DNA of 64,000 bases from Sulfurospirillaceae bacterium (GTDB taxonomy: Bacteria > Campylobacterota > Campylobacteria > Campylobacterales > Sulfurospirillaceae): positions 64,001 through 128,000 of the forward strand of contig JAWVXD010000006.1 of assembly GCA_033723415.1 (NCBI GenBank). Reading direction: 5' to 3'. The position numbers and the translations under genes were made by a program. Below the pieces are notes generated by a model, which saw nothing but the letters and a program-made list of their open reading frames with translations, did no database searches and was not told the origin of the DNA. Shown here in pieces: positions 32,427 to 42,935 of this stretch. Each line of letters opens with the position of its first letter. Position 1 is the first letter of the stretch.

Positions 32427-33848
32427 ATGAAACATAATAACTTTGGAGTACTCATACTAGGATTGTTTTCCTTTATGATCTTAACACAAGAAGCTGCAGC
32501 TCTACCAATGTTTACAACGCAAACCGGTATTGACTGTAAAGGATGCCATTTACAAGCGTTACCAAAATTAAATAAATTTGGTAGGGAATTTTTAATTTCA
32601 GGGATGACACTCAGTAAAACTATAGCCGATTTAAATTCTAGAGCAATGCCTCTTGATCATTCAACTACTAAGCTTAATTGCACAAATTGCCATTTACCGC
32701 AAATTCCAAAATTAAATCAAAAAGGGAAAGAGCTTGTAAGTGCAACAGCATCACAACAAAAAACATTGGCTTCAAATTTTAGTGATATGAATATCAATGC
32801 TTCTCTTATGTTTAAATCAAGATATGAAAAAACTTGGGACAAACCGGGTGGATCAGGTATTGTTGCTAATACAGATACTGCAGATGGAGAACTTTCGATT
32901 CCTAGGACAGTAAGTGTATTTTTGGGTGGTAGAATAAACGAGCATTTTAGTACACTTTTTAACTTTTCGTATAAAAAAATAAACAAAGGATCTATTTCTG
33001 GTAAAGTAGCTTATTCAAAAAAAACAGATGATGGATATTTTGGCTCTGTCCTTTACTCAGCATCCAATTTCGGTCCATTTTCCGGCATAGAATTATATAA
33101 TACCGGATTATATAAACCTCTGAGAAGTTTTGACATTAGAACCTATTCTAACGCACTTCAAATGACAAATATAGGAACAGGTGCAGCGACCGGATTACAA
33201 GTGTATTATGCCAAAAACGCAGTATTTAATGATGTTGATAATATTTTTGTTACTGTTGGGTTTTATGCGCCTGGACAGGATAATCTGTATATGGATCTTA
33301 TAGATAATCTATTGCCCATTGCAAGAGTTGCATATGAATATCCTTTCGGTGATTTCAATGTGATGTTTGGAGCTTTTGGAATTTCCGGCGAGGGAACATC
33401 TAGCAGCATAGACTCCCTCAAAGTCAAAAGGCAAACTTATGGTCTTGATCTACAAGTCAATGGTGCAATCTTAGAAAAACAAGTACAGTTTACGGCAAGT
33501 AGGGTGTTTAAAAATGAAGTCACTTTTACGGGTGCTAATGCCGGATTGATCAGCGATTTGGATAATCGTTTAAATAAAGCATTTTCTATAGAAGGCACTG
33601 TCGATTTAACATCAAATTTGGGAGCTAAAATCGCTTATTTGACATACGATGATCTATATAATTATCCGGGGCATAAAAAGAATATTGACGTAAAAGATAT
33701 TAAAGGTGCTGTTACTATAGGTCTTGATTATTCCTTTAAGTTTTATACTCCGATGCAAGTTGGGATTGAGTATAGCTGGATAACCCCGGGATTAGATAGA
33801 GTCAAAGACTATAGAAATTTTGTTGTAACATTTAACATCTTGCTATAA
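32427..33848 (+). CDS. Cyc2-like outer-membrane cytochrome c-porin fusion with two CxxCH motifs
   Basis: signal peptide, then ALPMFTTQTGIDCKGCH..PKLNKFGREF..G; second CTNCH..PKLN; amphipathic beta-strand C-terminal region. Confidence 0.75.
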   Translation: MKHNNFGVLILGLFSFMILTQEAAALPMFTTQTGIDCKGCHLQALPKLNKFGREFLISGMTLSKTIADLNSRAMPLDHSTTKLNCTNCHLPQIPKLNQKGKELVSATASQQKTLASNFSDMNINASLMFKSRYEKTWDKPGGSGIVANTDTADGELSIPRTVSVFLGGRINEHFSTLFNFSYKKINKGSISGKVAYSKKTDDGYFGSVLYSASNFGPFSGIELYNTGLYKPLRSFDIRTYSNALQMTNIGTGAATGLQVYYAKNAVFNDVDNIFVTVGFYAPGQDNLYMDLIDNLLPIARVAYEYPFGDFNVMFGAFGISGEGTSSSIDSLKVKRQTYGLDLQVNGAILEKQVQFTASRVFKNEVTFTGANAGLISDLDNRLNKAFSIEGTVDLTSNLGAKIAYLTYDDLYNYPGHKKNIDVKDIKGAVTIGLDYSFKFYTPMQVGIEYSWITPGLDRVKDYRNFVVTFNILL

Positions 33849-33905
33849 AGGAAATATCCGTTCTATGCCGATATGGCTACATAGAAGCAATTTAAACAGA
33901 TGGGC

Positions 33906-36044
33906 TTATACTAAACTAAGCCCGACTTTTCCTTTTTCATATTCAACTGATACGACTTCGATTTTGGGTAAGTATTGATTTAACGCTAATACCTCAAGTG
34001 GATGTGCTATTCTCTTTTCACTCATCTTTGAGATGTGGATCATCCCGTCATTTTTCAACCCTATATCCACAAATGCTCCAAAATCCGTGATATTTCTCAC
34101 AATACCCGATACAAAGCTGCCCTCTTTTAACATTTTGATATCCGTGATGTCATTTTTAAACGGGATCGGCGGGAGTTCCACTCTGGGGTCAAAACCCGGT
34201 TTTTTCAGCTCAAAGATGATGTCTTTGAGCGTCGCTTCGCCGATGCCTAGAGCTTGCGCACTCTCACTAACACTCAGGTGATCCAAATCCATCGTTTCTA
34301 GTTTCTTGGCCACTTCATAGCTTTCAGGGTGAATCCCACTGTTGTCAAACAGATTCTTGCCCTCTTTGATGCGAATAAATCCAGCGGCTTGTTCGTACGC
34401 TTTTTTACCCAAGCCTTTAACGTTTAAGAGGTCTGATTTGGTGTGAAAATTCCCCTTTTCATTGCGATATTGTAAGATATTGGCTGCGAGACCTGAGCTG
34501 ATGCCTGCCACATAAGAAAGAAGCGACAAAGAAGCCGAGTTGATATCGACACCCACGCGATTGACCAAGTCTGTTGTAACATCGCCTAGCTTTTTTTCTA
34601 AAAGTTTTTGATTCACGTCATGTTGATACTGACCGATGCCTAGTGACTTTGGATCGATCTTGACAAAAGTAGCCATAGGGTCTCTTAATCTCTGAGCTAT
34701 AGAGATCGCTCCTCTTATGGTCACATCAAGTTTGGGATATTCATCTTGAGCAAGCTTGGAAGCAGAATAAACCGAAGCCCCCGCTTCTGAGACAACCGTA
34801 TAATCAAGCTTGATGCCCTCTTGATTGAGCTTTGCAAAAAACTCCTGCGTTTCCCTTGAAGCGGTACCGTTGCCGATGGCAACAGCCGTGATGTGGTACT
34901 TTTTGGTTAATTCAATGATTTTATTTTTAGAATTTTCATACTCATTTTTCGGCTGTGTCGGATAGATCACGGCGTGCTCTAAATAATTGCCGTTTTCATC
35001 GATAACGGCTAGCTTACATCCGCTCACAAATGCGGGATCTACGCCTAAGATCACTCTTTTGGTCACAGGCGGCGTCATGAGAAGCTGAGCGAGATTTTTA
35101 CCAAAAACACTCACGGCAGACTCATCGGCACGCTCTTTCAAGATATGGTGCACTTCACGCTCGATGGAAGGGAAAAGCAATCTTTTAAAGCCGTCCATAT
35201 ACGCATCAAAGAGCAACTCTTTGGAAGTGGAAGCATTTTGAGGGATATTGTGTCGTTTGATGTCTTGTTCAACTCGCTCAATATCTATAGATATTTTAAC
35301 ACTCAACTCTTTTTCATTGACTCCTCGCATGATCGCTAAGTAGCGATGTGAGGGAATGGTTGCTACTTTTTCACTTTTATCTACAAAATTTTTAAAGAGT
35401 CCATTTTCTTGAAAATTTTTCGTTTTTTTGATCTCTAAAATTCCAACACGTTGCAAACTCTCTCTTAAAGCTTCCCTGGTACTTGGCTCTTCGGCATATC
35501 TTTGTGCCAAAATATCCTTGGCTCCGGTGATAGCATCATCAATCGAAGTGATGTGATCATTTAAAAAATCTTTGGCTTTTGATCTAAACTCTGCCGTACT
35601 GAGTTTTGCACTTTGCAGGATATTCGCCAATCCTTCCAAGCCATGCGCGATCGCAACTCCGGCACGTGAGGTTTTGTTTTCCTTGAACGGTCTGTAGATG
35701 TCCTCTAAAACTCTCAGATTGTCCGCCTCATCGATGCTTTTTTGTATCGCAGCACTCAAGTTCGCTCGTTCGCTGATGAGCCTTGCGATCTCCTCTTTTT
35801 TTTCCAAAAGTCTTTTACTGCTTATGTAGATCGTCTCGAACTCACGAAGCGTCTCATCACTCGCTCCTCCGGTCATCTCTTTGCGATACCGTGCGATAAA
35901 GGGGATGGTGGAGCCCTCTTCTAAAAGTTTTAAGATATTTTGGATCTGCTCTTTGGTCAGTTTTGTTTTTTTTACGAGATGGGTGATCAACTTGTTCATG
36001 AATAATCTCTTTAACATATATTTTTTTGTTTGCAATAGTATCAT
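33906..36044 (-). CDS. tex: Tex family RNA-binding protein
   Basis: TIPFIARYRKE, GNGTASRET, SEAGASVYSAS, GIGQYQHDV, S1 domain; start probably 35999. Confidence 0.95.
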   Translation of the reverse strand: MILLQTKKYMLKRLFMNKLITHLVKKTKLTKEQIQNILKLLEEGSTIPFIARYRKEMTGGASDETLREFETIYISSKRLLEKKEEIARLISERANLSAAIQKSIDEADNLRVLEDIYRPFKENKTSRAGVAIAHGLEGLANILQSAKLSTAEFRSKAKDFLNDHITSIDDAITGAKDILAQRYAEEPSTREALRESLQRVGILEIKKTKNFQENGLFKNFVDKSEKVATIPSHRYLAIMRGVNEKELSVKISIDIERVEQDIKRHNIPQNASTSKELLFDAYMDGFKRLLFPSIEREVHHILKERADESAVSVFGKNLAQLLMTPPVTKRVILGVDPAFVSGCKLAVIDENGNYLEHAVIYPTQPKNEYENSKNKIIELTKKYHITAVAIGNGTASRETQEFFAKLNQEGIKLDYTVVSEAGASVYSASKLAQDEYPKLDVTIRGAISIAQRLRDPMATFVKIDPKSLGIGQYQHDVNQKLLEKKLGDVTTDLVNRVGVDINSASLSLLSYVAGISSGLAANILQYRNEKGNFHTKSDLLNVKGLGKKAYEQAAGFIRIKEGKNLFDNSGIHPESYEVAKKLETMDLDHLSVSESAQALGIGEATLKDIIFELKKPGFDPRVELPPIPFKNDITDIKMLKEGSFVSGIVRNITDFGAFVDIGLKNDGMIHISKMSEKRIAHPLEVLALNQYLPKIEVVSVEYEKGKVGLSLV

Positions 36045-36164
36045 TTCAACTATAAAAGTTGAGAATTAAAGTAATAAAACTAGTAATAAAGGTATTTGCC
36101 TCTTTACATTTCATGTGAAAACCATATAGATCTACAAAAATGTGATAAAATATATAAATAAACT

Positions 36165-38264
36165 ATGGATGTATCTAATAAAATGAAAAAAAATATAAAA
36201 AATCAAGAAGATATCAAAAGTAATATGTCATATAAAGATAGAATTGCATATCGTTATAATGCTATTATAGAAACTACCAGTGATGGATTTTGGGTTACTG
36301 ATATTGAAGGGAATTTTTTAGAAGTAAATAATTCATTTTGCAAACTATCAGGCTATAGCAAAGAAGAACTACTGAGTATGAATATCTCATATATCGAAGC
36401 TGCAGAATCTGCCAAAGATACAAAAGAACATATAGAAAAGATTATTCAGTCCACTTTCAGCGATAGGTTTGAAACAAAACATCGCAAAAAAAACGGTGAT
36501 ATCTATAATGCAGAGATCACGACTACATTCTCTATGATAAATGGAGGAAGATTTTTCGTTTTTATTAGAGATATTAGTGAACGTAAAAAAAGTGAAAAAG
36601 AGCTGATCCTTGCAGCAAAAGTCTTTTCTACTATGACAAACGGCGTCGTCATAACAGATGCATCTCAAAAGATCATAAATGCAAATAAAGCTTTTTGTGA
36701 CAATATGGGATATACAAAAGAAGAGGTATTGGGGCAGAAACCTTCATTCTTGAGTTCTGGATGGCATGATGCTTATTTTTATAAAGAAATGTGGAAAGAG
36801 ATAAATAAGAAAGGAAGATGGCAAGGAGAGATCATTGATCGTAAAAAAAACGGTGAACTTTACATATCAGAAACCTCTATAGTCTCTCTTGAGGACAAAG
36901 ACGGGAACATTACCAATTATATAGCAGTCTCAAGCGATATAACGCTTAAGAAAGAACAAGAAAAGGTCATCAACAATCTGGCATATTATGATGGACTTAC
37001 AAAACTGCCGAATAGAATCTTTTTCGAAGATAGATTTAACAGAAAAATAAATCTTGCAAAAAAGAAAAAGAGAAATCTTGCTCTTCTTTTCATAGATTTG
37101 GATAATTTTAAGAACATAAACAATACTTTTGGTCATCTTATAGGTGACAAATTTTTGCAAAATGCAGCAAAAAGGCTACAGGAGATCACTAGAGAAGAAG
37201 ATGTTATAGGACGTTTTGGCGGTGATGAATTCATAATATTGATTGAAGATTTTGTAGAGCTATCTGACTTGGCAATACTTGCAAATAAGATAGTAGAAGC
37301 TTTTAACCAACCTTTTCAAGTGGACAGAAATAAGTTTTTTTCAGGTGCGAGTATAGGCATAAGCGTTTTCCCTGATAATGGAGCTTCATATCATGAGCTT
37401 ATGAAAGCTGCCGATACTGCTATGTACTATGTTAAGTCATCAGGCAAAAGTGGTTATGAATTTTACTCTAAGATTATGAGTGAAACCGTATCCGCTCGTA
37501 TGAAACTTAGCAACAATCTGCGCAATGCTTTGGAAAATGAAGAATTTACTCTATTTTATCAACCTAAAATTGATCTTTCGACAAATACTATTTATGGCAT
37601 GGAGTCGCTTTTGCGTTGGAACAATGCAAACCTAGGTGCTGTTTCTCCAGATCAGTTTATACCTGTATTAGAAGAAAGCGGACAGATATACAGTGTAGGA
37701 TTATGGGTCATAAGACAAGCTCTAAATGATACAAAAATACTACACAGTTTAGGTTTCTCTGATTTGATCGTTTCTATCAATGTCTCCTACTTTCAAATAC
37801 AAAATGATAATTTTTTAGCAGACCTTAAAAATATCGTAACCGAAATAGGAATAAAAAAAACTCATATAGAGCTTGAGATCACTGAAACTCAGATCATGAA
37901 TAATATTGAATCAGCCTTGGTAAAACTCAACGAGATTACGAGTTATGGCATCAAGATTTCTATTGATGATTTTGGGACAGGTTATTCATCACTAAGCTAT
38001 CTAAAGCAACTTCCTGCCGATACTATAAAGATAGATAAGAGTTTTGTTTTGGATATAGACAAAGATGAAGATGACAAATCTATCGTAAAAGCCATCATAG
38101 CTCTCTCTGAGTCACTAAATAAAAATGTGATAGCAGAAGGCTCTGAGACACAAGCTCATATAGATACTCTAAAGGAATTAGGATGTAAAAGAGTACAAGG
38201 GTTCTTTTATTCTAAACCTCTTCCATATGATGCTTTTTTGATATATCTTAAAAATTTTAAATAA
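36165..38264 (+). CDS. PAS-PAS-GGDEF-EAL protein
   Basis: two PAS domains, RFGGDEF, YQPK..ESLLRW, DDFGTGYSS. Confidence 0.95.
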   Translation: MDVSNKMKKNIKNQEDIKSNMSYKDRIAYRYNAIIETTSDGFWVTDIEGNFLEVNNSFCKLSGYSKEELLSMNISYIEAAESAKDTKEHIEKIIQSTFSDRFETKHRKKNGDIYNAEITTTFSMINGGRFFVFIRDISERKKSEKELILAAKVFSTMTNGVVITDASQKIINANKAFCDNMGYTKEEVLGQKPSFLSSGWHDAYFYKEMWKEINKKGRWQGEIIDRKKNGELYISETSIVSLEDKDGNITNYIAVSSDITLKKEQEKVINNLAYYDGLTKLPNRIFFEDRFNRKINLAKKKKRNLALLFIDLDNFKNINNTFGHLIGDKFLQNAAKRLQEITREEDVIGRFGGDEFIILIEDFVELSDLAILANKIVEAFNQPFQVDRNKFFSGASIGISVFPDNGASYHELMKAADTAMYYVKSSGKSGYEFYSKIMSETVSARMKLSNNLRNALENEEFTLFYQPKIDLSTNTIYGMESLLRWNNANLGAVSPDQFIPVLEESGQIYSVGLWVIRQALNDTKILHSLGFSDLIVSINVSYFQIQNDNFLADLKNIVTEIGIKKTHIELEITETQIMNNIESALVKLNEITSYGIKISIDDFGTGYSSLSYLKQLPADTIKIDKSFVLDIDKDEDDKSIVKAIIALSESLNKNVIAEGSETQAHIDTLKELGCKRVQGFFYSKPLPYDAFLIYLKNFK

Positions 38265-38311
38265 AGAATTTTTAGCTTGATTCTTATATTCACGCGCAAT
38301 TAAGTGCTATT

Positions 38312-39250
38312 TTGTTACACTTTGTTATGAAAAAAAATAGAACTTATTTTGCCTCAAACATCAATGAAAATGAAATAGGCATGATCCTTATGTGTATTGC
38401 CGTGTTGACCATACCCTTTAGTGATGCACTCGCAAAATGGCTCTCACAATGGCTCTCACCTATCGTTATAACATGGGGACGTTACGCTTTTCACATATTG
38501 ATTTTATTACCTTTTTTCCTTAAAAAAGATAAACATAAAAGAGTTTTTAACCCTAAGTTTATTTTACTCGGCGGTTTGATAGCAACTTCAACCGTACTTT
38601 TATACTTTGGCGTGATGCACCTGCCTTTGGCAAACAACATCGCACTTTTTTTTATAGAACCTTTATTACTGACCATCATATCGGTATTTTGGCTCAAAGA
38701 GAAGATCATAACAAAACAGTGGTTAGCCTTGATCGCAGGTTTTATAGGGGTATTGATAGTTTTACGTCCAAACTGGTCGGCTTATGGTATATACTCTTTT
38801 TATCCCATCGGTGCAGCTATCTGTTATGCTGTATACTTGTCCCTGGTTCGAGAGATTAAAGAAAAAGATGCTGTTCTACTGCAGTTTTACTCCTCTTTTG
38901 TAGCATTTTGCCTCTTAAGTATTCTTGTCCTTTTAGGGAGTTTTGATATTTTATCACTTGATATAACACTCCCAAATCTAAGAGAATGGGGCTGGATAGC
39001 AATACTCGGAGTTTCAACAACTATTGTATATCTTCTCTTTATTACGGCTTTTCACCATAGCAATGCAAGTACTTTAGCTCCTTTCCAATATATGGAGATT
39101 ATAACAGCCTCACTTCTTGGCTGGTTGATCTTTGAACATATCCCAGATATTTTTACACTGATCGGCACTATTGTCATCGTTGGCGCAGGATTATATATCT
39201 TCAAAACTCAAAGAAGGTTTGCAACTGATGCTGCAAAACCCATGGAGTAA
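38312..39250 (+). CDS. DMT/EamA transporter
   Basis: about 10 TM, GFIGVLIVLRP, LAPFQY. Confidence 0.9.
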   Translation: MLHFVMKKNRTYFASNINENEIGMILMCIAVLTIPFSDALAKWLSQWLSPIVITWGRYAFHILILLPFFLKKDKHKRVFNPKFILLGGLIATSTVLLYFGVMHLPLANNIALFFIEPLLLTIISVFWLKEKIITKQWLALIAGFIGVLIVLRPNWSAYGIYSFYPIGAAICYAVYLSLVREIKEKDAVLLQFYSSFVAFCLLSILVLLGSFDILSLDITLPNLREWGWIAILGVSTTIVYLLFITAFHHSNASTLAPFQYMEIITASLLGWLIFEHIPDIFTLIGTIVIVGAGLYIFKTQRRFATDAAKPME

Positions 39251-39342
39251 ACGATACACCAACACATATATAATAAAAAGCTTGCCTACTAAATATCAAA
39301 AAATTTAGATAAAATTAAAAAAATATATCAAGAGGGTCAGTC

Positions 39343-39891
39343 ATGATAAAGATGTTGTTAATATGCACGTTAGTTGTTTCAAGTTTTGCAAGCGGATTAA
39401 TAAATGAAAATATTTTGATGGGGATGCCACAAAATTTCAAGGTCGGATACAAAGCATACAATCCCAAAACTCATCTATCTGTCGCCGAACTCATACCTAA
39501 AAACGAAAGTGTGCAAGATTGGTCTCAAATGATCACCTTGGACATCTACCACAAAAATTTACCGCTGAATGCTAAAAAATACACTCTCATGATGAAAGAT
39601 TTATGGAAACGAAGTTGTGCAAAAAGTTATACAAAAGACATAGCGCATGGAAAAGAAAATGGATACGATTTTTCTCTTTTGATGCTCTTTTGTCCAAAAA
39701 GCAAAGTCACGAATAAAAGTGAATATACTTGGCTAAAGGCCATAAAAGGCAAAGACAGTTTTTACGTAGTCCAAAAAGCTTTCACCATACCACCAAACAA
39801 AAGCCAAATCATAAAGACTATGCAATATCTAAGAAGAGTACAAGTTTGCGACTCAAGACTTGGGAATTGTCCTAAGATAGGAAAACATTAG
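39343..39891 (+). CDS. hypothetical exported protein
   Basis: signal peptide, four Cys. Confidence 0.75.
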   Translation: MIKMLLICTLVVSSFASGLINENILMGMPQNFKVGYKAYNPKTHLSVAELIPKNESVQDWSQMITLDIYHKNLPLNAKKYTLMMKDLWKRSCAKSYTKDIAHGKENGYDFSLLMLFCPKSKVTNKSEYTWLKAIKGKDSFYVVQKAFTIPPNKSQIIKTMQYLRRVQVCDSRLGNCPKIGKH

Positions 39892-39925
39892 GATATAAAT
39901 AACATATAAAATGATCGATATGTTC

Positions 39926-40282
39926 TTATCTCTTTTCTAAAATTTCCTTTTTTTCTTCATACTCTTTTTTATCTATTTCACCATTGGCAAATCTCTGATC
40001 AAGTATATCTCTTGCTGAGGGGGCATGTTTATCATTCTCATCTTGATTGTTTTTTTTATTGAACATATAGTATACGACTACACCTATCAAAATCAGTACC
40101 ACCCAACTAAAGCCCATGCCGATTCCTCCTTTCATCATCCAATATCCAATCATACCCTCTTCGTCATTTGTACTTCCACTTTGTGCAAATACATTTGTCA
40201 CGAGCGAACTAATTAAAAATACCTCCATGATAAACTTATTTTTCATAGTAGCTCCTTTTTGTAACTTACAGTTGACCATCAT
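39926..40282 (-). CDS. SHOCT-domain membrane protein
   Basis: GxxM-rich segment, TM, ARDILDQRFANGEIDKKEYEE; start probably at MKNKF. Confidence 0.85.
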   Translation of the reverse strand: MMVNCKLQKGATMKNKFIMEVFLISSLVTNVFAQSGSTNDEEGMIGYWMMKGGIGMGFSWVVLILIGVVVYYMFNKKNNQDENDKHAPSARDILDQRFANGEIDKKEYEEKKEILEKR

Positions 40283-40357
40283 ATCAGCGTCTTCTTGTTC
40301 AATAATATGACAATTTTAAGCTTATTGTATTTCATAAATCAGACTCACTTATGTATA

Positions 40358-40741
40358 TCATATCCAAGTATTGATAATGGCCTGTACTTTATGAAAAATT
40401 GTTTGCATATACGTTTTCATTTCACTATCTAATTCAAAATTTTTCAATATGCCGTCTATACGAATCGTGCTCAATGTTGTTTTACCGTCTTCTTCATACA
40501 AAGAAATACGACAAGGTAAGAAAACTGAAACTTCTGGATATTTATCTAAAATTGTGTGCGCAGCAGATGGATTGCAAATTTCAAATACTGTTATGTCTTT
40601 TTCTATTGGATAGCCTTTTGATTGAAGAATTTCTTTAAAATGATACTCTTTTAAGATGCCAAATCCCTGTTCTTCAACACGCATGGCTATATCTTTTTTC
40701 ACACTCTCAATGCTACTTTTTGTGTTGATCGTATAAAGCAT
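40358..40741 (-). CDS. DUF302 family protein
   Basis: GFGIL, EICNP, LPCRISLYE. Confidence 0.88.
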   Translation of the reverse strand: MLYTINTKSSIESVKKDIAMRVEEQGFGILKEYHFKEILQSKGYPIEKDITVFEICNPSAAHTILDKYPEVSVFLPCRISLYEEDGKTTLSTIRIDGILKNFELDSEMKTYMQTIFHKVQAIINTWI

Positions 40742-41030
40742 TTTTTATATCCTTTTTTTCAATTATTATACCAATCAAAAGTGTACTCTGTGTGTAACAA
40801 TAGACTTATCAGCATCAATTATATAGGAAAATGGTTTTTCTTACGAAAATAACTAAACCTAAATTAAATCAATATATAAAATCTTTTATTTCACATTTTT
40901 TGCTTATTTATTAGGTAAAAATTGTTGACTTTGTAAATACAATAATAGTATAATCATTTGGCATTATAATTATAATTAATAAAAGTCCTAATATCAAAAT
41001 ATCATTCGTTTTAATAAGGAGAGTCGTTAC

Positions 41031-42722
41031 ATGTCCGATCAATTTGAAAATAATTCTTCAATTCGTAATCAGTACCCGGATGCCCCGGCATTATTTGTAG
41101 CAATACTTAGTTATATTTTTGGTTTTTTTATCGTTTTCGTTTTGCAAAATGCAAGGCTCAATGCTTATACTATGGCTTTCATCCTTATCAGTATGGTGTT
41201 GGCAATCATTTGGGCACTGGTTCACTACCGTATCGTGGTACCTTTTTCAAAAATTTCTACTATGAATATCGAGGCAGAAAATTTACAAGAAAATGCTCTT
41301 TTTAAACACAAAATCTTAGGACCTGTTATAAAGAAAACCATAAAAAGCACTCAGTCTTTTTTAGAGGTTATTTTATCTATAAGCCATATTGTTGATGAAA
41401 ATGCCATCTCTTTGGCACAGACCTCTTTTCATACAGATCAACTAAACCAGCAGATGAAGACCCTAGCCGATAAAGGCACAAAGATCACAGCCTCTTCTCA
41501 TATCATTGCCGAAACGTCTACACAAGTAAGCTCAAGTGCAGTACTGGCGGCGAAATCTGCAAAACAAGCTCAAGATGACTCACGTATGGGACAAGATGCT
41601 CTCAAAAAGATCATCGAAGAGATGCGCAACATGACCGAACAAACACAAGTAACCTCAACTTCAATTGACAAACTTAAAGGCAGTTCAAAACAGATCGAAG
41701 ATATCATCCAAGTTATCGCAGACATTGCTGACCAGACAAATCTCCTCTCTCTTAACGCAGCCATAGAAGCAGCCCGTGCAGGAGAACATGGACGTGGATT
41801 TGCAGTGGTTGCCGATGAAGTAAGAAACCTTGCAGACAAAACATCTTCTGCCACAAATGAAATATACAGTAACGTTAGGGTGATTATGGGACAAACCGAT
41901 GATGCCGTCAAAAGGATGGGTGAATTGCTCGGTTATGTACAAAAAAGTGAAGATATGATCGAAAACGTAGGTCAAAGATTAGAGGGGATTTTAAACTTTT
42001 CAGGCGTTCTCTCAGATCAAATGCAAGGTATTGTGAAACTTGCCGAACAATCATCAGAAGAAGTAAGTTCAATATCTACAAGTTTAGTGGATATGCAGGA
42101 TAATTTGGAAGACTTTGCGCAGCAAATGAACGCTATCTCAGATCAATCCATGGAACTATGCGAATTAGGAGAAGGTATGCACGAAAAGTTGGCAAATCTT
42201 CATCTTGACACCATTCACAGCCGCTTTTTTAAAGTTGCAAAAACTGCCGCAGACACCTTAGGAAAAACTTTTGAAGATGCTATATCAAGTGGACAAATAG
42301 GAACAGAGGATCTCTTCGATCACGATTATCGTCCGGTTCCAAATACAAATCCACAAAAATACACTTCACGTTTTGATGCCATAGCCCAAAAACTACTGCC
42401 ACCTGTTCAGGAAGGAACTCTCAAATCAAATCCGGAACTACTTTATGCAGTGAGTGTAGATACAAAGGGTTACGTGCCTAGACACAATGATAAGTATTCA
42501 AAACCGCATACGAGTAACTACAACGACAACCTGCTATACAGCCGTAGCAATCAAGTATATACCGATCGTGCCGCTACTAGAAGTAGTCAAAACACTAAGA
42601 GTATGCTTCTGCAAACTTACAAACGCAACACCGGTGAAGTCACACATGATCTCTCAGTGCCTATTTACGTAAAAGGTCGCCACTGGGGTACTTTCCGTGT
42701 GGGATATACAAGTAATTCTTAG
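41031..42722 (+). CDS. methyl-accepting chemotaxis protein with C-terminal Cache-like domain
   Basis: two N-terminal [34 protein letters not shown]-terminal [21 protein letters not shown]. Confidence 0.93.
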   Translation: MSDQFENNSSIRNQYPDAPALFVAILSYIFGFFIVFVLQNARLNAYTMAFILISMVLAIIWALVHYRIVVPFSKISTMNIEAENLQENALFKHKILGPVIKKTIKSTQSFLEVILSISHIVDENAISLAQTSFHTDQLNQQMKTLADKGTKITASSHIIAETSTQVSSSAVLAAKSAKQAQDDSRMGQDALKKIIEEMRNMTEQTQVTSTSIDKLKGSSKQIEDIIQVIADIADQTNLLSLNAAIEAARAGEHGRGFAVVADEVRNLADKTSSATNEIYSNVRVIMGQTDDAVKRMGELLGYVQKSEDMIENVGQRLEGILNFSGVLSDQMQGIVKLAEQSSEEVSSISTSLVDMQDNLEDFAQQMNAISDQSMELCELGEGMHEKLANLHLDTIHSRFFKVAKTAADTLGKTFEDAISSGQIGTEDLFDHDYRPVPNTNPQKYTSRFDAIAQKLLPPVQEGTLKSNPELLYAVSVDTKGYVPRHNDKYSKPHTSNYNDNLLYSRSNQVYTDRAATRSSQNTKSMLLQTYKRNTGEVTHDLSVPIYVKGRHWGTFRVGYTSNS

Positions 42723-42770
42723 TAAGTAATTGGATTATATTTTTAGTTTGAATCTTTAGATTAAAAACAC

Positions 42771-42795
42771 AATGGCGGACAGAGAGGGATTCGAA
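42771..42795 (-). repeat. att copy 1: 3' end of tRNA-Ser (T-arm half and acceptor with CCA)
   Basis: aatggcggacagagagggattcgaa; reverse complement TTCGAATCCCTCTCTGTCCGCCA has a G discriminator; identical to 55681-55705. Confidence 0.9.
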
Positions 42796-42935
42796 AAAAG
42801 TGTACCCTATTCTAACCTTAAAATTCTATTATAGACATATTTATATTATTTTATTTTTTATCGTTAAATATTGAAATTTTTAAGTAAAAATTTGGTATGA
42901 TTTTACTTTCGCAAAAGAAACTAAAAGAAGACCAA

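Noticed and set aside
42771..42795. intact tRNA gene at either att copy
   Set aside because: Only the T-arm half and acceptor 3' strand are present; the adjacent sequence cannot form D or anticodon arms.
42809..42823. attctaaccttaaaa shared with 57990-58004
   Set aside because: AT-rich 15-mer in two different elements; chance cannot be excluded.
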